A stretch of DNA of 64,000 nucleotides, from positions 278,544 to 342,543 of the forward strand of contig CAVQNP010000007.1 of assembly GCA_963714215.1 (NCBI GenBank). Direction: 5' to 3'. Below, piece after piece: positions 50,091 to 59,854 of the stretch. The notes below the pieces were generated by a model that worked only from the letters and a program-made list of their open reading frames with translations, had not been told where the DNA came from and did not search any database. Each line of letters begins with the position of its first letter. Position 1 is the stretch's first letter. Both the position numbers and the translations under genes were made by a program. The stretch is from an uncultured Solirubrobacteraceae bacterium (GTDB taxonomy: Bacteria > Actinomycetota > Thermoleophilia > Solirubrobacterales > Solirubrobacteraceae).

Positions 50091-51257
50091 GTGAACGAGC
50101 AGCCGACCCACATCGCCCTGAACTTGATCTTCCTAGTCCCGGGCGAGACGGGCGGCATGGAGATCGCCGCGCGCGAGCTGATCCCGGCGCTGTTGGGCGC
50201 CGCGCCCGTGGGCATGCGCTTCACGGCGTTTGTCAACCGCGAGACCGCAGACGCCGAGCGGTCCGGCTCGGGCGGCGGCCTGCGCGAGCAGCTGCCACTC
50301 GTGACGGTGCCTGTGCATGCACGCAAGCGCGTGCAGTGGGTGCTTGGCGAGCAGGCGCTGCTGCCGCTGCTCGCGCGTCGCGCCGGCGTCGACCTCGTAC
50401 ACAGCCTCGCGAGCACGGCACCGCTATGGGGCCCGTTTCGCCGCGTGGTGACAGTGCACGATCTGATCTACGCGCGCTTCCCCGAGGCGCACGCCGGCGT
50501 GCGCGACAAGGCGATGCGCGTGCTCGTGCCGTCCGCCGCGCGCCGCGCGCATCGCGTGATCGCCGATTCGCAGAGCACGCGCGACGACCTGGTCGAGCTC
50601 GTCGGTCTGTCCACCGAGCGCATTGACGTCGTCCCGCTCGGTCTCGGCGCGATCCGCCGCAGTGAGCCCGCGTCGCAGGCTCACTTGCGTGAGCGCCTGC
50701 ACCTCGGCGAGCGCCCGGTAGTGCTCAGCCTGTCGGCCAAGCGCCCGCACAAGAACCTGCTCGCGCTGATCGGCGCGCTCGCGCGAATCGCGCCTGGCGA
50801 GCGCCCGGTGCTCGTGCTCGCCGGCTACCCGACCGAGCACGAAGTGCAGCTGCGCGAGCGCGCACGGACGCTCGGCGTCGAGGACGACGTGCGCTTTCCC
50901 GGTTGGCTGTCGGAGGCCGAGGTCGAGGGTCTGTGGGCGATCGCCGCCGCGTTCGTCTTCCCGTCGCTCTACGAGGGCTTCGGCCTGCCCGTGCTCGAGG
51001 CGATGGCACGTGGTGTGCCCGTCGCCTGCTCGAACGCTTCGTCGCTGCCCGAGGTGGCCGGCGACGCCGCGCTGCTGTTCGACCCGCGCGAGGAGTCGGC
51101 GATCGCCGACTCCGTGACCCGCCTGCTGAGCGACCGAGCGTTGGCTGAACGGCTGACCGCGGCCGGGCGCGAGCGCGTGCGCGAGTTCACCTGGGAGCGC
51201 ACTGCGCGCGCGACGATCGACAGCTACCGGCGGGCACTCGAGCGCCCGCTGCCGTAG
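50091..51257 (+). CDS. GT4 glycosyltransferase
   Basis: VVTVHD, PHKNL, FPSLYEGFGLPVLEAMARG, SSLPEVAGDAA. Confidence 0.9.
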   Translation: MNEQPTHIALNLIFLVPGETGGMEIAARELIPALLGAAPVGMRFTAFVNRETADAERSGSGGGLREQLPLVTVPVHARKRVQWVLGEQALLPLLARRAGVDLVHSLASTAPLWGPFRRVVTVHDLIYARFPEAHAGVRDKAMRVLVPSAARRAHRVIADSQSTRDDLVELVGLSTERIDVVPLGLGAIRRSEPASQAHLRERLHLGERPVVLSLSAKRPHKNLLALIGALARIAPGERPVLVLAGYPTEHEVQLRERARTLGVEDDVRFPGWLSEAEVEGLWAIAAAFVFPSLYEGFGLPVLEAMARGVPVACSNASSLPEVAGDAALLFDPREESAIADSVTRLLSDRALAERLTAAGRERVREFTWERTARATIDSYRRALERPLP

Positions 51258-52390
51258 CTCCGCAGCACCTCGCGCAGCGAATGCTCAAGCGACAGTTCCT
51301 CGGCGTTCTCGGCGAACCAGTGCACGGTGCTCTCGCGCAGCGCCAGCCCGGCGTCGTGCACGCGCACGATCGCGTCCGCGAGCGCGTGCGGGTCCGCGCC
51401 GGCAGCCACCGTTCCGTTGATCCCCTCGGCGATCAGCTCGGTCGCCGCGTTGTCCTCGCCGGCGACGACGACGCTCGGAGTCCCCCTTGCGCTCGCCTCG
51501 ACGACGACCAGGCCGTAGCCCTCGCGCCGGGACGGCAGCAGCAGGCACAGTGCCCTGCGCATCTCTGCATCGAGCGTGGCGGCGTCGGTAAACCCCGGCG
51601 CGGAGACCACGCCGGCGAGCCCGTGCTGAAGGATCGCCGCATCCAGCGCCGCGCGCTCGGGCCCGTCGCCGAGGAACTCACCCCGTAGGTCGTCGATCCG
51701 CTCGCGCGCGATCGCCATCGCGGCCACGGCCAGCGTGACCTGCTTCTCCGGAATCAGCCGCCCGGCGAACAGCACGACGGGGTCGGCCGCGCGCGCGACC
51801 ACGCGCTCGCCCGTGTCGGCATACAGGCCGCGCAGCACGGTCGCCTCGCCTCGCAGCCCCTCTTCGTGCAGCCGTGCCGCGTGCAGCTGGGAGAAGCAGA
51901 AGGCGCGCTGGCGCACACGCGCGCAGGCACGCTGCACGAGCGAGCCGAAGCGACCGCGCCCCCCGCCGAGGTAGTCGTGCCAGTAGGAGCGGCTCCACAC
52001 CTCGAACCAGTCGACCACCAGCTCGTAGCCGCCGAGTCGCCGCAGAAGCCCCGCCGCTAGCAGCGAGAAGTAGGGGAACGACGAGGTGTGCACGACGTCG
52101 TAGCGGCGCCCGGTGACGAGCAGGTGCCGGAGCACGCCGGCGCCGAACACCAGCGGTGGCAGGATGCGCCGCCGCCCGCCCGCCGTGTAAAGCGCCATGC
52201 GCGGGCCAGCCGTCACGACGCGCACGCCCGCGCCGGCGTCCGCCCGCTCGCCCCGGTCCCACTGGCGCAGCGTCAGGTAGGTGACGTCGTGCCCGTCTGC
52301 GGCGAGGCGCTCGGCGAGGTTGCGATACCAGCGCTCGCCGCCGCCGACCGTGTAGGGGAAGAGGCAGTCATAGATCACGCAGACGCGCAT
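51224..52390 (-). CDS. GT4 glycosyltransferase
   Basis: MRVCVIYDCLFPYTVGGGERW, FAGRLIPEK, PSRREGYGLVVVEA. Confidence 0.9.
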   Translation of the reverse strand: MRVCVIYDCLFPYTVGGGERWYRNLAERLAADGHDVTYLTLRQWDRGERADAGAGVRVVTAGPRMALYTAGGRRRILPPLVFGAGVLRHLLVTGRRYDVVHTSSFPYFSLLAAGLLRRLGGYELVVDWFEVWSRSYWHDYLGGGRGRFGSLVQRACARVRQRAFCFSQLHAARLHEEGLRGEATVLRGLYADTGERVVARAADPVVLFAGRLIPEKQVTLAVAAMAIARERIDDLRGEFLGDGPERAALDAAILQHGLAGVVSAPGFTDAATLDAEMRRALCLLLPSRREGYGLVVVEASARGTPSVVVAGEDNAATELIAEGINGTVAAGADPHALADAIVRVHDAGLALRESTVHWFAENAEELSLEHSLREVLRSYGSGRSSARR

Positions 52391-52520
52391 GTGTCGCGAG
52401 AGACTGTCAGACCGTGCGATAGGATCGCCCTCCGCAGACGCGCCGCTTTCCGCCCTTGCGCGCGTTATAACGACACGGCCAGGCTCGGCGCAGCGCGACG
52501 AGGGATCGAGGCCACAGCTG

Positions 52521-53699
52521 ATGAGCACAGTCGACCAGACAAGGCCACCAGTCTTGGTGGACGCCGAGGATCGGAGCGTGCCGCTCGTGTCGGTCGTCAT
52601 TCCGTGTCTGAACGAGGCGGAGAACATCGAGGAGTGCGTCAGCGCCGCCCGCGAGGCACTGCAGCGGATGCAGGTACCCGGTGAGGTCGTCGTCGCCGAC
52701 AACGACTCCGAGGATGACTCGGCGCGCCTGGCCGAGCTGGCCGGCGCCCGCGTGGTCGTCGAGCAGCGCCGTGGCTACGGCAGTGCGTACCTGGCCGGCT
52801 TCGCCGCCTCGCGCGGGCGCTACATCGTGATGGCCGACGCCGATCTCACATACGACTTCAACGAGATCCCGCGGTTCGTCGAGGCGCTCGAGCAGGGCGC
52901 CGAGATGGTCATCGGCGACCGCATGGACAACATCCAGCCCGGCGCGATGCCGTGGCTTCATCGCTACGTCGGCAACCCGATCCTCACCGGCCTGCTCAAC
53001 CTGTTCTTCCGCACCGGCGTCAACGACGCGCACTGCGGCATGCGCGCGCTGCGCCGCGAAGTCCTGCCCCGCCTGGACCTGCGTACTACGGGGATGGAGT
53101 TCGCCTCGGAGATGGTGATCAGGGCCTCAAAGGAGCGCCTGCGGATAGCCGAGTTCCCGATCGAGTACCACCCGCGTGGCGGAGAGAGCAAGCTTTCGAG
53201 CTTCCGCGACGGGTGGCGCCATCTGCGCTTCCTGCTCGTGCACAGCCCCAACCATCTGTTCATCGTGCCGGGCGCCGTGCTCGCCGGCATCGGCACGTTG
53301 ATCGTCGTCGTCGTCGGCGCTGGGCTGGACTTCTTCGGACGCGCGTGGGGCGTGCACGCGCTGATCGGTGGCGCGCTGTTGATGATCGTCGGCACGCAGG
53401 TGCTCGCGCTGGGCCTGTGCGCGCACGCCTACGGCACCTATTTCATGGGCGAGCGAGACCCGTGGTTCGACCGCATGCGCGCCCGCTTCCGCCTCGAGCA
53501 CGGCCTGCTCCTGGGCGGGTTGTTCACGCTCGTCGGCCTCGTGATGGGCGCGGTGATCGTCGCGACCTGGATCGCGCACGGCTTCGGCTCGCTCGCCGAC
53601 GAACGCCTCGCCGTGGTCGCAGCGTCGCTGATCATCGTCGGTATCCAGATCTTCTTCTCCTCGTTCCTGCTGTCGATTCTCGGTCTGCGCCGGCGCTAG
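52521..53699 (+). CDS. GT2 polyprenol-phosphate glycosyltransferase (DPM1/GtrB-like) with C-terminal TMs
   Basis: SVVIPCLNE, DNDSED, RGYGSAY, MADADLTY, DAHCGMR, GMEFASEM, GESKL..RDGWRHL. Confidence 0.87.
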   Translation: MSTVDQTRPPVLVDAEDRSVPLVSVVIPCLNEAENIEECVSAAREALQRMQVPGEVVVADNDSEDDSARLAELAGARVVVEQRRGYGSAYLAGFAASRGRYIVMADADLTYDFNEIPRFVEALEQGAEMVIGDRMDNIQPGAMPWLHRYVGNPILTGLLNLFFRTGVNDAHCGMRALRREVLPRLDLRTTGMEFASEMVIRASKERLRIAEFPIEYHPRGGESKLSSFRDGWRHLRFLLVHSPNHLFIVPGAVLAGIGTLIVVVVGAGLDFFGRAWGVHALIGGALLMIVGTQVLALGLCAHAYGTYFMGERDPWFDRMRARFRLEHGLLLGGLFTLVGLVMGAVIVATWIAHGFGSLADERLAVVAASLIIVGIQIFFSSFLLSILGLRRR

Positions 53700-53700
53700 C

Positions 53701-55878
53701 GTGGGCCCCCTCGGGCGGGTGGCGTCGGCCGTCTTCGCGGGCGATCGCCGCGTGTGGCGCGGCGCGGCGCTCTTCGCCGTGCCGTTCATCGCGCTGACGG
53801 CCTTCTACTGCCTGCGCCCGCGCTTCTACTTCACCGGCACCCAGAGCGTCGAGAACGCGGGCGGGGTCGTCGAAGCCGCGCCGGGGTCGACCGTCTGCGC
53901 ACCCGCGTTGCGCCTACCCGCCGACACCTCGGTCGTGCGCCTGCAGGTGCTCTCCCCGACCGACCCGCGCCCGGCGCTGCACCTCACGCTGCGCGCGGGC
54001 ACTCGCACGGCGCACTCCTCGCTCGCTCCGCTGGCGGCCCCCGCCGGGCGGCCGACCAACGCGGACTTCGCGATTCCCGAGACGCCGTCAGCTCCGGTCG
54101 CGCAGCCGGCGTCGCTGTGCCTGACCGCCGACGGACCCGTGCAGGTGGGCGGTACGCCGCTGACCGCCCCTCCGAACGGCGCACCGACCCACGACGGGAT
54201 GGCGATTCCGGCGCGGCTGGCCATCTGGTACCTGCCGCGGCCGGGGGAGCGCAGCAGCTACGTGCAGCGGATCGGCAAGATCTTCGATCGCGCGGCGCTG
54301 TTTCGCCCGGGCTTGGTCGGTGCGTGGACGTATCCGTTGCTGCTGTTCGTGCTGCTGCCCGCGCTCGCGCTGCTGGCGCTGCGCTGCCTCGCGCTCGCCG
54401 TCGCCGGGCGCGGACGCCGCCTGGCGCTGTGCCTGTTCGCGATCGCCGCGCTGAACGCGAGCTGCTGGGCGCTGATCACGCCTGTCTTCCAAGGCCCGGA
54501 CGAGGTCGACCACTTCGCCTACGTCCAGTCGCTCGTCGAACGCGGCGAGAAACCGATCAACGATCCCCACTCGGGGCAGCTGCGTTGGTCGAGCGCCGAG
54601 TATCTGGCGCTGGAAGAAGCCGACGTGCTGACCGACCACCAGGTCGGCGACACGCGCCCGCCATGGCTGGCCGCGCAGGTGCACGACTACGAAGCGAGGG
54701 CGCGGCGCCTGCATCCGCTGCGCAACGACGGCGGCGGCTACACGACCTCCGCCACCCACGGTCCCGCGTACTACCTGGCGCTCGCGCCCGCCTATCTGGC
54801 CACCGAGCACGCCTCGATCTTCTCCCAGCTGACGCTGATGCGCATCGTCTCGGCGTTGATCGGCGCGCTGACCGTGCTGTTCACCTACCTGCTCGCGCGC
54901 GAGCTCGCGCCGGGAAGGCTGTGGCTGGCCGTGCTGGCGGCGCTGCTCGTCGCCTACGAGCCGATGTACGGGTTCGTCTCGGGCATCGTCAACAACGACG
55001 TCGGCGTCAACGCGAGCGCGGCGGCGCTGGAGCTGCTGCTGATCCGCCTGCTGCGGCGTGGCATCACGATCCCACGGGGCGTGCTCACGGGGGCCGTGCT
55101 GATCATGCTTCCGAGCGTCAAGGGGACCGGCCTCTCTCTATATCCGGTTGCAGGTCTCGTATTTATCGCCGCGCTGTGGCGCCACCACCGTCGCGCTGAC
55201 TTGCTCGGCTGGGTGGCGCTCGCGCTGGCCGCACTCGTCGTCGGCGAGCTGTCGACGCACGTGCTCTCACCGGCGTTCGCAGCGAGTTCCTCCACGCCGG
55301 GCGGCGGTGCGCCCTCGGCGATCGGCACGAACGCCAACGCTGCCAGGGAAGCGCTGCACCACATCCCGGACTTCCTCTCCTACCTGTGGCAGATGTTCCT
55401 GCCGCGGCCGGGCTTCATGACGGCGCACTTCCCACCCGGGGTATATCCGGGCTTCGTGATCTTCATCGAACGTGGCTGGGCAGCCTTTGGCTGGTACGAC
55501 GTGTTCTTCCCGTCATGGGTCTACGCGTTCATCCTCGTCGTCAGCCTGGGCGTGCTTGTGCTCTCGCCATGGGCCGCGCGGCTGGAGCGGCGCTGGCTGT
55601 CGGTGCATCTGCCCGAAGCGCTGGCCGTGATCCTGATGCCGATCGCCGTGATCGCGGGCTTCGCGGCCGCCTACTACACCCCCGGCGCGCGCCCGGTGAT
55701 CGCCGAGTTCGGGCGCTACGCGTTTCCGGCGATCGGACCGATCGCGCTGTTGGTCGTGGGCGCGTTGCACGCGTTCGGACGGCGTCGAATGCTGTATCCC
55801 GCCGTGGCTGTGGTGGTCGCGATGATCGCCCTCAGCTACGCCTCGCAGCTACTCACCCTGGCCGGCTTCTATGCCTGA
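53701..55878 (+). CDS. Polytopic GT-C-like (DUF2142) membrane protein
   Basis: TPVFQGPDEVDHFAY acidic loop, HGPAYY, VNND, GRY; many TMs; N-terminal extracellular beta domain. Confidence 0.72.
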   Translation: MGPLGRVASAVFAGDRRVWRGAALFAVPFIALTAFYCLRPRFYFTGTQSVENAGGVVEAAPGSTVCAPALRLPADTSVVRLQVLSPTDPRPALHLTLRAGTRTAHSSLAPLAAPAGRPTNADFAIPETPSAPVAQPASLCLTADGPVQVGGTPLTAPPNGAPTHDGMAIPARLAIWYLPRPGERSSYVQRIGKIFDRAALFRPGLVGAWTYPLLLFVLLPALALLALRCLALAVAGRGRRLALCLFAIAALNASCWALITPVFQGPDEVDHFAYVQSLVERGEKPINDPHSGQLRWSSAEYLALEEADVLTDHQVGDTRPPWLAAQVHDYEARARRLHPLRNDGGGYTTSATHGPAYYLALAPAYLATEHASIFSQLTLMRIVSALIGALTVLFTYLLARELAPGRLWLAVLAALLVAYEPMYGFVSGIVNNDVGVNASAAALELLLIRLLRRGITIPRGVLTGAVLIMLPSVKGTGLSLYPVAGLVFIAALWRHHRRADLLGWVALALAALVVGELSTHVLSPAFAASSSTPGGGAPSAIGTNANAAREALHHIPDFLSYLWQMFLPRPGFMTAHFPPGVYPGFVIFIERGWAAFGWYDVFFPSWVYAFILVVSLGVLVLSPWAARLERRWLSVHLPEALAVILMPIAVIAGFAAAYYTPGARPVIAEFGRYAFPAIGPIALLVVGALHAFGRRRMLYPAVAVVVAMIALSYASQLLTLAGFYA

Positions 55879-56887
55879 CGTGAGCGTCGCAATACCCGTG
55901 CGCGACGGCGGCGCGCTGCTGGGCGAGGTGCTGCGCGCGCTGTCGAGGCAGTCGGTTGCGCACGAGCTTGTCGTGTGTGACTCGGGCTCGCGCGACGGCT
56001 CGGCGCAGCTCGCGCGCGAGCACGGCGCGCGCGTACTGGAGATCGCCCCGGAGCGCTTCTCGCATGGCGGCACGCGCAATCTGCTGATGGAGACGTCGAG
56101 GGGCGCGCATGTCGCGCTGCTGACGCAGGACGCGGTGCCGGCCGACGAGCACTGGCTGGAGCGGCTGCTGCATGGCTTCGCGTTGGGCGACGACGTGGCG
56201 CTCGTCTATGGCCCGTACCAACCGCGGGCCCAGGCATCGCCGGCCGTGCGCATCGAGCTCGAGAGCTGGTTTGCCTCGCTCTCGCCCGACGGAGCCGCGC
56301 AGGTCGACCGCCTGGATGAGCACGAGCGTGTCGCGCTGGCGAGTGTCGAGTTGATCGGGCGGCGCGGGTTCTTCACCGACGCCAACGCCTGCATCGCGCG
56401 CGCAGCGTGGCAGCGGATACCGTTCCGCGAGGTCCCCTACGCCGAGGACCGGGTGCTCGCGATCGACATGCTCCGCGCCGGCTATGCCAAGGCGTTCGTG
56501 CCGCAAGCCGCCGTGATTCACTCGCACTCCTACACCTCGAGCCAGCAGCTGCGCCGCTGCTTCGACGAGTGGCGCGGGCTGCGCGAGGTCTACGGTTGGC
56601 GCGAGCCCGCCTCGCCGCGACACCTGCTCAGCCGCGTGCGTGGCGCGCTCGGGCAGGCGCGCGCAACGCTCGCGAGCGAAAGCGCCCCACCGGCGCGTCG
56701 CTGCACGACGCTGGTAGGCGTGCTCACGCATCAGCTCGTGTGCCTGTGCGGTGCACTGCTCGGCTCGCACGCCGATCGGCTGCCGACGGGCGTGCGGCGA
56801 AGGCTCTCGCTGGAGGGCCACGCGAGCTTCAGCTTTCCGGCGGCGCTTGGCACTGTGCGGGCGAGCGAGGAAGGTCCCCGACGATGA
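55871..56887 (+). CDS. GT2 glycosyltransferase (rhamnosyltransferase-like)
   Basis: DSGSRDGS, FSHGGTRN, LTQDA, AED, VIHSHSY. Confidence 0.85.
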   Translation: MPDVSVAIPVRDGGALLGEVLRALSRQSVAHELVVCDSGSRDGSAQLAREHGARVLEIAPERFSHGGTRNLLMETSRGAHVALLTQDAVPADEHWLERLLHGFALGDDVALVYGPYQPRAQASPAVRIELESWFASLSPDGAAQVDRLDEHERVALASVELIGRRGFFTDANACIARAAWQRIPFREVPYAEDRVLAIDMLRAGYAKAFVPQAAVIHSHSYTSSQQLRRCFDEWRGLREVYGWREPASPRHLLSRVRGALGQARATLASESAPPARRCTTLVGVLTHQLVCLCGALLGSHADRLPTGVRRRLSLEGHASFSFPAALGTVRASEEGPRR

Positions 56888-58929
56888 GCGACAGCAACCC
56901 GATCGAGGGGCGGCGCCAGGGACCGTTCTCCAACCTCAAACGGCGCATCTATCTGACGTACACACACTTCGGCCTGCGCACGATCCTGTTTCGTCTGATC
57001 ACCTTCCCGCTGCGCTTCACACCGCTGGAGAAGCGCATGCGCCTGCGCACGCACGCACGCGACCAAGAGGTGCGCCGCGCAGTCGACTGGTACCGCGAGC
57101 ACGGCCGCCCGGTCGACATCGTGATTCCCAGCTACCGCGACGCCGAGCACGTGGCCACGCTGGTGCGGAGCATCGGCAAGACGGTGCGCAAGGGGATGGC
57201 ACGCGTGATCGTCGCCGACGACTGCAGTGGCGAGGAGCATCTGAGAGCGCTGCGCGCGATCGACGGAATCGACGTGCTCGTCGCCTCCGAGCGCAACAGT
57301 GGCTTTGCCGCCAACGCCAACCGCGGCATCGCGGCGAGCGACGGCGAGCGCGACGTCGTGGTGTTGAACTCCGATGTGGAGGCGTCGCCGAGCTGGCTGG
57401 AGTGCCTGCAGTACGGCGCCTACGGTCACGAGGGCGGCGCTGGGATCGTCGGTGGGCAACTGCAGTATCCCGACGGGCGCATCCAGTTCGGCGGCACCGT
57501 GCGCAACCGCGACCAGCCGCAGTGGTTCGACCATCGCTACCGCTTCAAGCCCCACGGGTGGGGCCCTGCCGAGGCGCCGAGCCCGGCGCTGGCGGTCACC
57601 GGGGCGTGCATGTACGTGCGCCGCGAGACGATCGCGCGGATCGGCGCGTTCGATGAGCGCTACGCGATGGCCTACGAGGACGTCGACTGGTGCCTGCGCG
57701 CCTGGCAGGCCGGCATACACGTGCTGTATTTCCCCAGCGCGCAGCTGATTCACCACGAGTCGGTGACGCGCGGCGAAGTGCAGGGCGAGCGAGAGCTCGA
57801 CTCCCAGCGGCTGTTCTGGGAGCGCTGGGCGGACTTCTTCGACGCGCGCACGGCCGCAGCGGGCGCGACCGGCACCGCGGAGTCGGCCGCATCGGGTCTC
57901 CTGCGGATCGTTTACGTCACCGAGGACACCGGCGTGGGCGGCGGGCACCGCGACATCTTCGAGCACCTCAACCGCCTGTCCGAGCGTGGCCACGATGTGG
58001 CGCTGTACACACTCGGCGACCCACCGCAGTGGTTTCCGCTGCGCGTGCCTGTGCACACGTTCGCCGACTACCACGAGCTCGGCGATGCGTTGGCCGAGGT
58101 CGACGCGATCAAGGTCGCGACGTGGTGGATGACGGCCGCCGCGGTCTGGCGGGCGAGCATCCCGCGCGGAATTCCCGTCTACTTCGTGCAGGACATCGAG
58201 ACGTCCTACTACCCCGACCATGAGCGTGCGCGCCACGCCGTGCTCGACTCCTATCGGCCGGAGTTCCGCTACATGACGATCTCCTCGTGGAACCGCGAGC
58301 GCCTGCGCGAGCTCGACCTCGACGCCGAGCTGATCCCGCCGGGGATCGATTTGGAGAACTTCCGCCCGCGCGCCGACGTCGCACGCCGCGAGGACATGGT
58401 GCTGGCAATCGGGCGCACCAACCCGCTGAAGAACCTGCCACTGACGCTGGCCGGCTGGCGTTCACTACCCCAGCCGCGCCCCGAGCTGTGCCTGTTCGGC
58501 ATCGAGCCCGAGCTCGGCGGCGACGGCGTGCGCTACGTCGATACGCCCAGCGACGGGCAGGTCAACGAGTTGTTCTGCGAGGCGACCGTGTTCGTCCAGA
58601 CCTCAGTGCACGAGGGCTTCGCTCTGCCGCCGCTGGAGGCGATGGCCGCGGGCGCGGCGGTCGTCTGCACCGACGCGCACGGCAACCGCGACTTCTGCGC
58701 TGACGGCGTCAACTGCCTGATGCCCGAGCCCACGCCGGCCGCCGTCGGCGAGGCGCTGGCACGTCTGCTCGGCGACGCGGCGCTGCGCGAGCGGCTCGGC
58801 CGAGCGGGCATCGAGACCGCTCAGCAGTACGCGTGGGAGAAGCGCATCGACGTGCTGGAGGCGTTCTACCGGCGCGTCGCGGCGGCGGGACGCATGGCCG
58901 TCGCCGGCGAGCTGGCGCCGGAGCGCTGA
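56884..58929 (+). CDS. Bifunctional GT2-GT4 glycosyltransferase
   Basis: IVIPSY, DDCS, NSGFA, LNSD, YEDVDWC; then GVGGGHR, KNL, HEGFALPPLEAMA. Confidence 0.87.
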   Translation: MSDSNPIEGRRQGPFSNLKRRIYLTYTHFGLRTILFRLITFPLRFTPLEKRMRLRTHARDQEVRRAVDWYREHGRPVDIVIPSYRDAEHVATLVRSIGKTVRKGMARVIVADDCSGEEHLRALRAIDGIDVLVASERNSGFAANANRGIAASDGERDVVVLNSDVEASPSWLECLQYGAYGHEGGAGIVGGQLQYPDGRIQFGGTVRNRDQPQWFDHRYRFKPHGWGPAEAPSPALAVTGACMYVRRETIARIGAFDERYAMAYEDVDWCLRAWQAGIHVLYFPSAQLIHHESVTRGEVQGERELDSQRLFWERWADFFDARTAAAGATGTAESAASGLLRIVYVTEDTGVGGGHRDIFEHLNRLSERGHDVALYTLGDPPQWFPLRVPVHTFADYHELGDALAEVDAIKVATWWMTAAAVWRASIPRGIPVYFVQDIETSYYPDHERARHAVLDSYRPEFRYMTISSWNRERLRELDLDAELIPPGIDLENFRPRADVARREDMVLAIGRTNPLKNLPLTLAGWRSLPQPRPELCLFGIEPELGGDGVRYVDTPSDGQVNELFCEATVFVQTSVHEGFALPPLEAMAAGAAVVCTDAHGNRDFCADGVNCLMPEPTPAAVGEALARLLGDAALRERLGRAGIETAQQYAWEKRIDVLEAFYRRVAAAGRMAVAGELAPER

Positions 58930-58933
58930 GCGC

Positions 58934-59854
58934 CTACAGATCCTCGGCGATGTGCGGGGCCTCGCGGTTGAAGACCCAGAAGCCGAGGGCGAAGAGGACT
59001 ACGACCAGCGCCACAGGCGCCAGCAGCGCAGGCCAGCTTTCCATCACCTGCCCGGCGCTGTAAGTGTCGCCGTTGATCATCGCGTGGCGGAACTGCTGGA
59101 AGATCGTGACGAGCGGGTTGAGCGTGTAGAGGTGATAGAGAAAATGATTGAGGCCGCCGTGGGCGAGTTCTTTGCGCACCGCTTCAGCGGGAAGGATCAC
59201 GGGTGAGGCGTAGAACAGGATCTGGCTGACGACTTCCCAGATCGGCGAGATGTCGCGGAAGCGCACAAAAAGCGCTGAGAGCAGCATCGAAATGCCCGCT
59301 GAGACCAGTACGAGCATTCCCAGGATCAGCGGCAGCTCCAGCCAGCTGACCATCGGCCGCACGCCTTCGATCAGGGCGAAGATCATCACGACGAGCAGGT
59401 TGAGGCCCAGGTTGAAAATCGCGAGCAGGACCACCGATGTCGGGATCGCCAAGCGGGGGAACTGGATCTTGCGCACCAGGTTCTCGCGGTCGACGACGCT
59501 GCGCACGGAGCCGCTCGTGGCTTCGCTGAAGAAAGTGAACAGGACGATCGAACCAAGTAGCTGCGCCCCGTAGAAGTGTCCAGCCACCCCCTGGCCCTTG
59601 TTGATGTGGAAAACTTCGACGAAGAAGACGTACAGCACGCCGAACAACAAGAGCGGCCGCATGACCTGCCACAGGTAGCCGAGGGCCGAGCCGAAGAACT
59701 TGAGCTTGAATTCGCTGCGCGCGATGTTGTAGGCCAGATGCCAGAAACGTGACCAGCTGTCGTCGAGCGCGCGTGGGCCGCGGATCGGCTGGCCCACCGG
59801 CTCTGACAACGTGACCGCCGGCGAAGGCGCATCTGACAGACCGGGAGTGCTCAC
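58934..59854 (-). CDS. wzm: Glycan ABC exporter permease
   Basis: EFKLKFFGSALGYLW, LVRKIQFPR, FRDI, FYASPV, LNPL. Confidence 0.9.
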   Translation of the reverse strand: MSTPGLSDAPSPAVTLSEPVGQPIRGPRALDDSWSRFWHLAYNIARSEFKLKFFGSALGYLWQVMRPLLLFGVLYVFFVEVFHINKGQGVAGHFYGAQLLGSIVLFTFFSEATSGSVRSVVDRENLVRKIQFPRLAIPTSVVLLAIFNLGLNLLVVMIFALIEGVRPMVSWLELPLILGMLVLVSAGISMLLSALFVRFRDISPIWEVVSQILFYASPVILPAEAVRKELAHGGLNHFLYHLYTLNPLVTIFQQFRHAMINGDTYSAGQVMESWPALLAPVALVVVLFALGFWVFNREAPHIAEDL

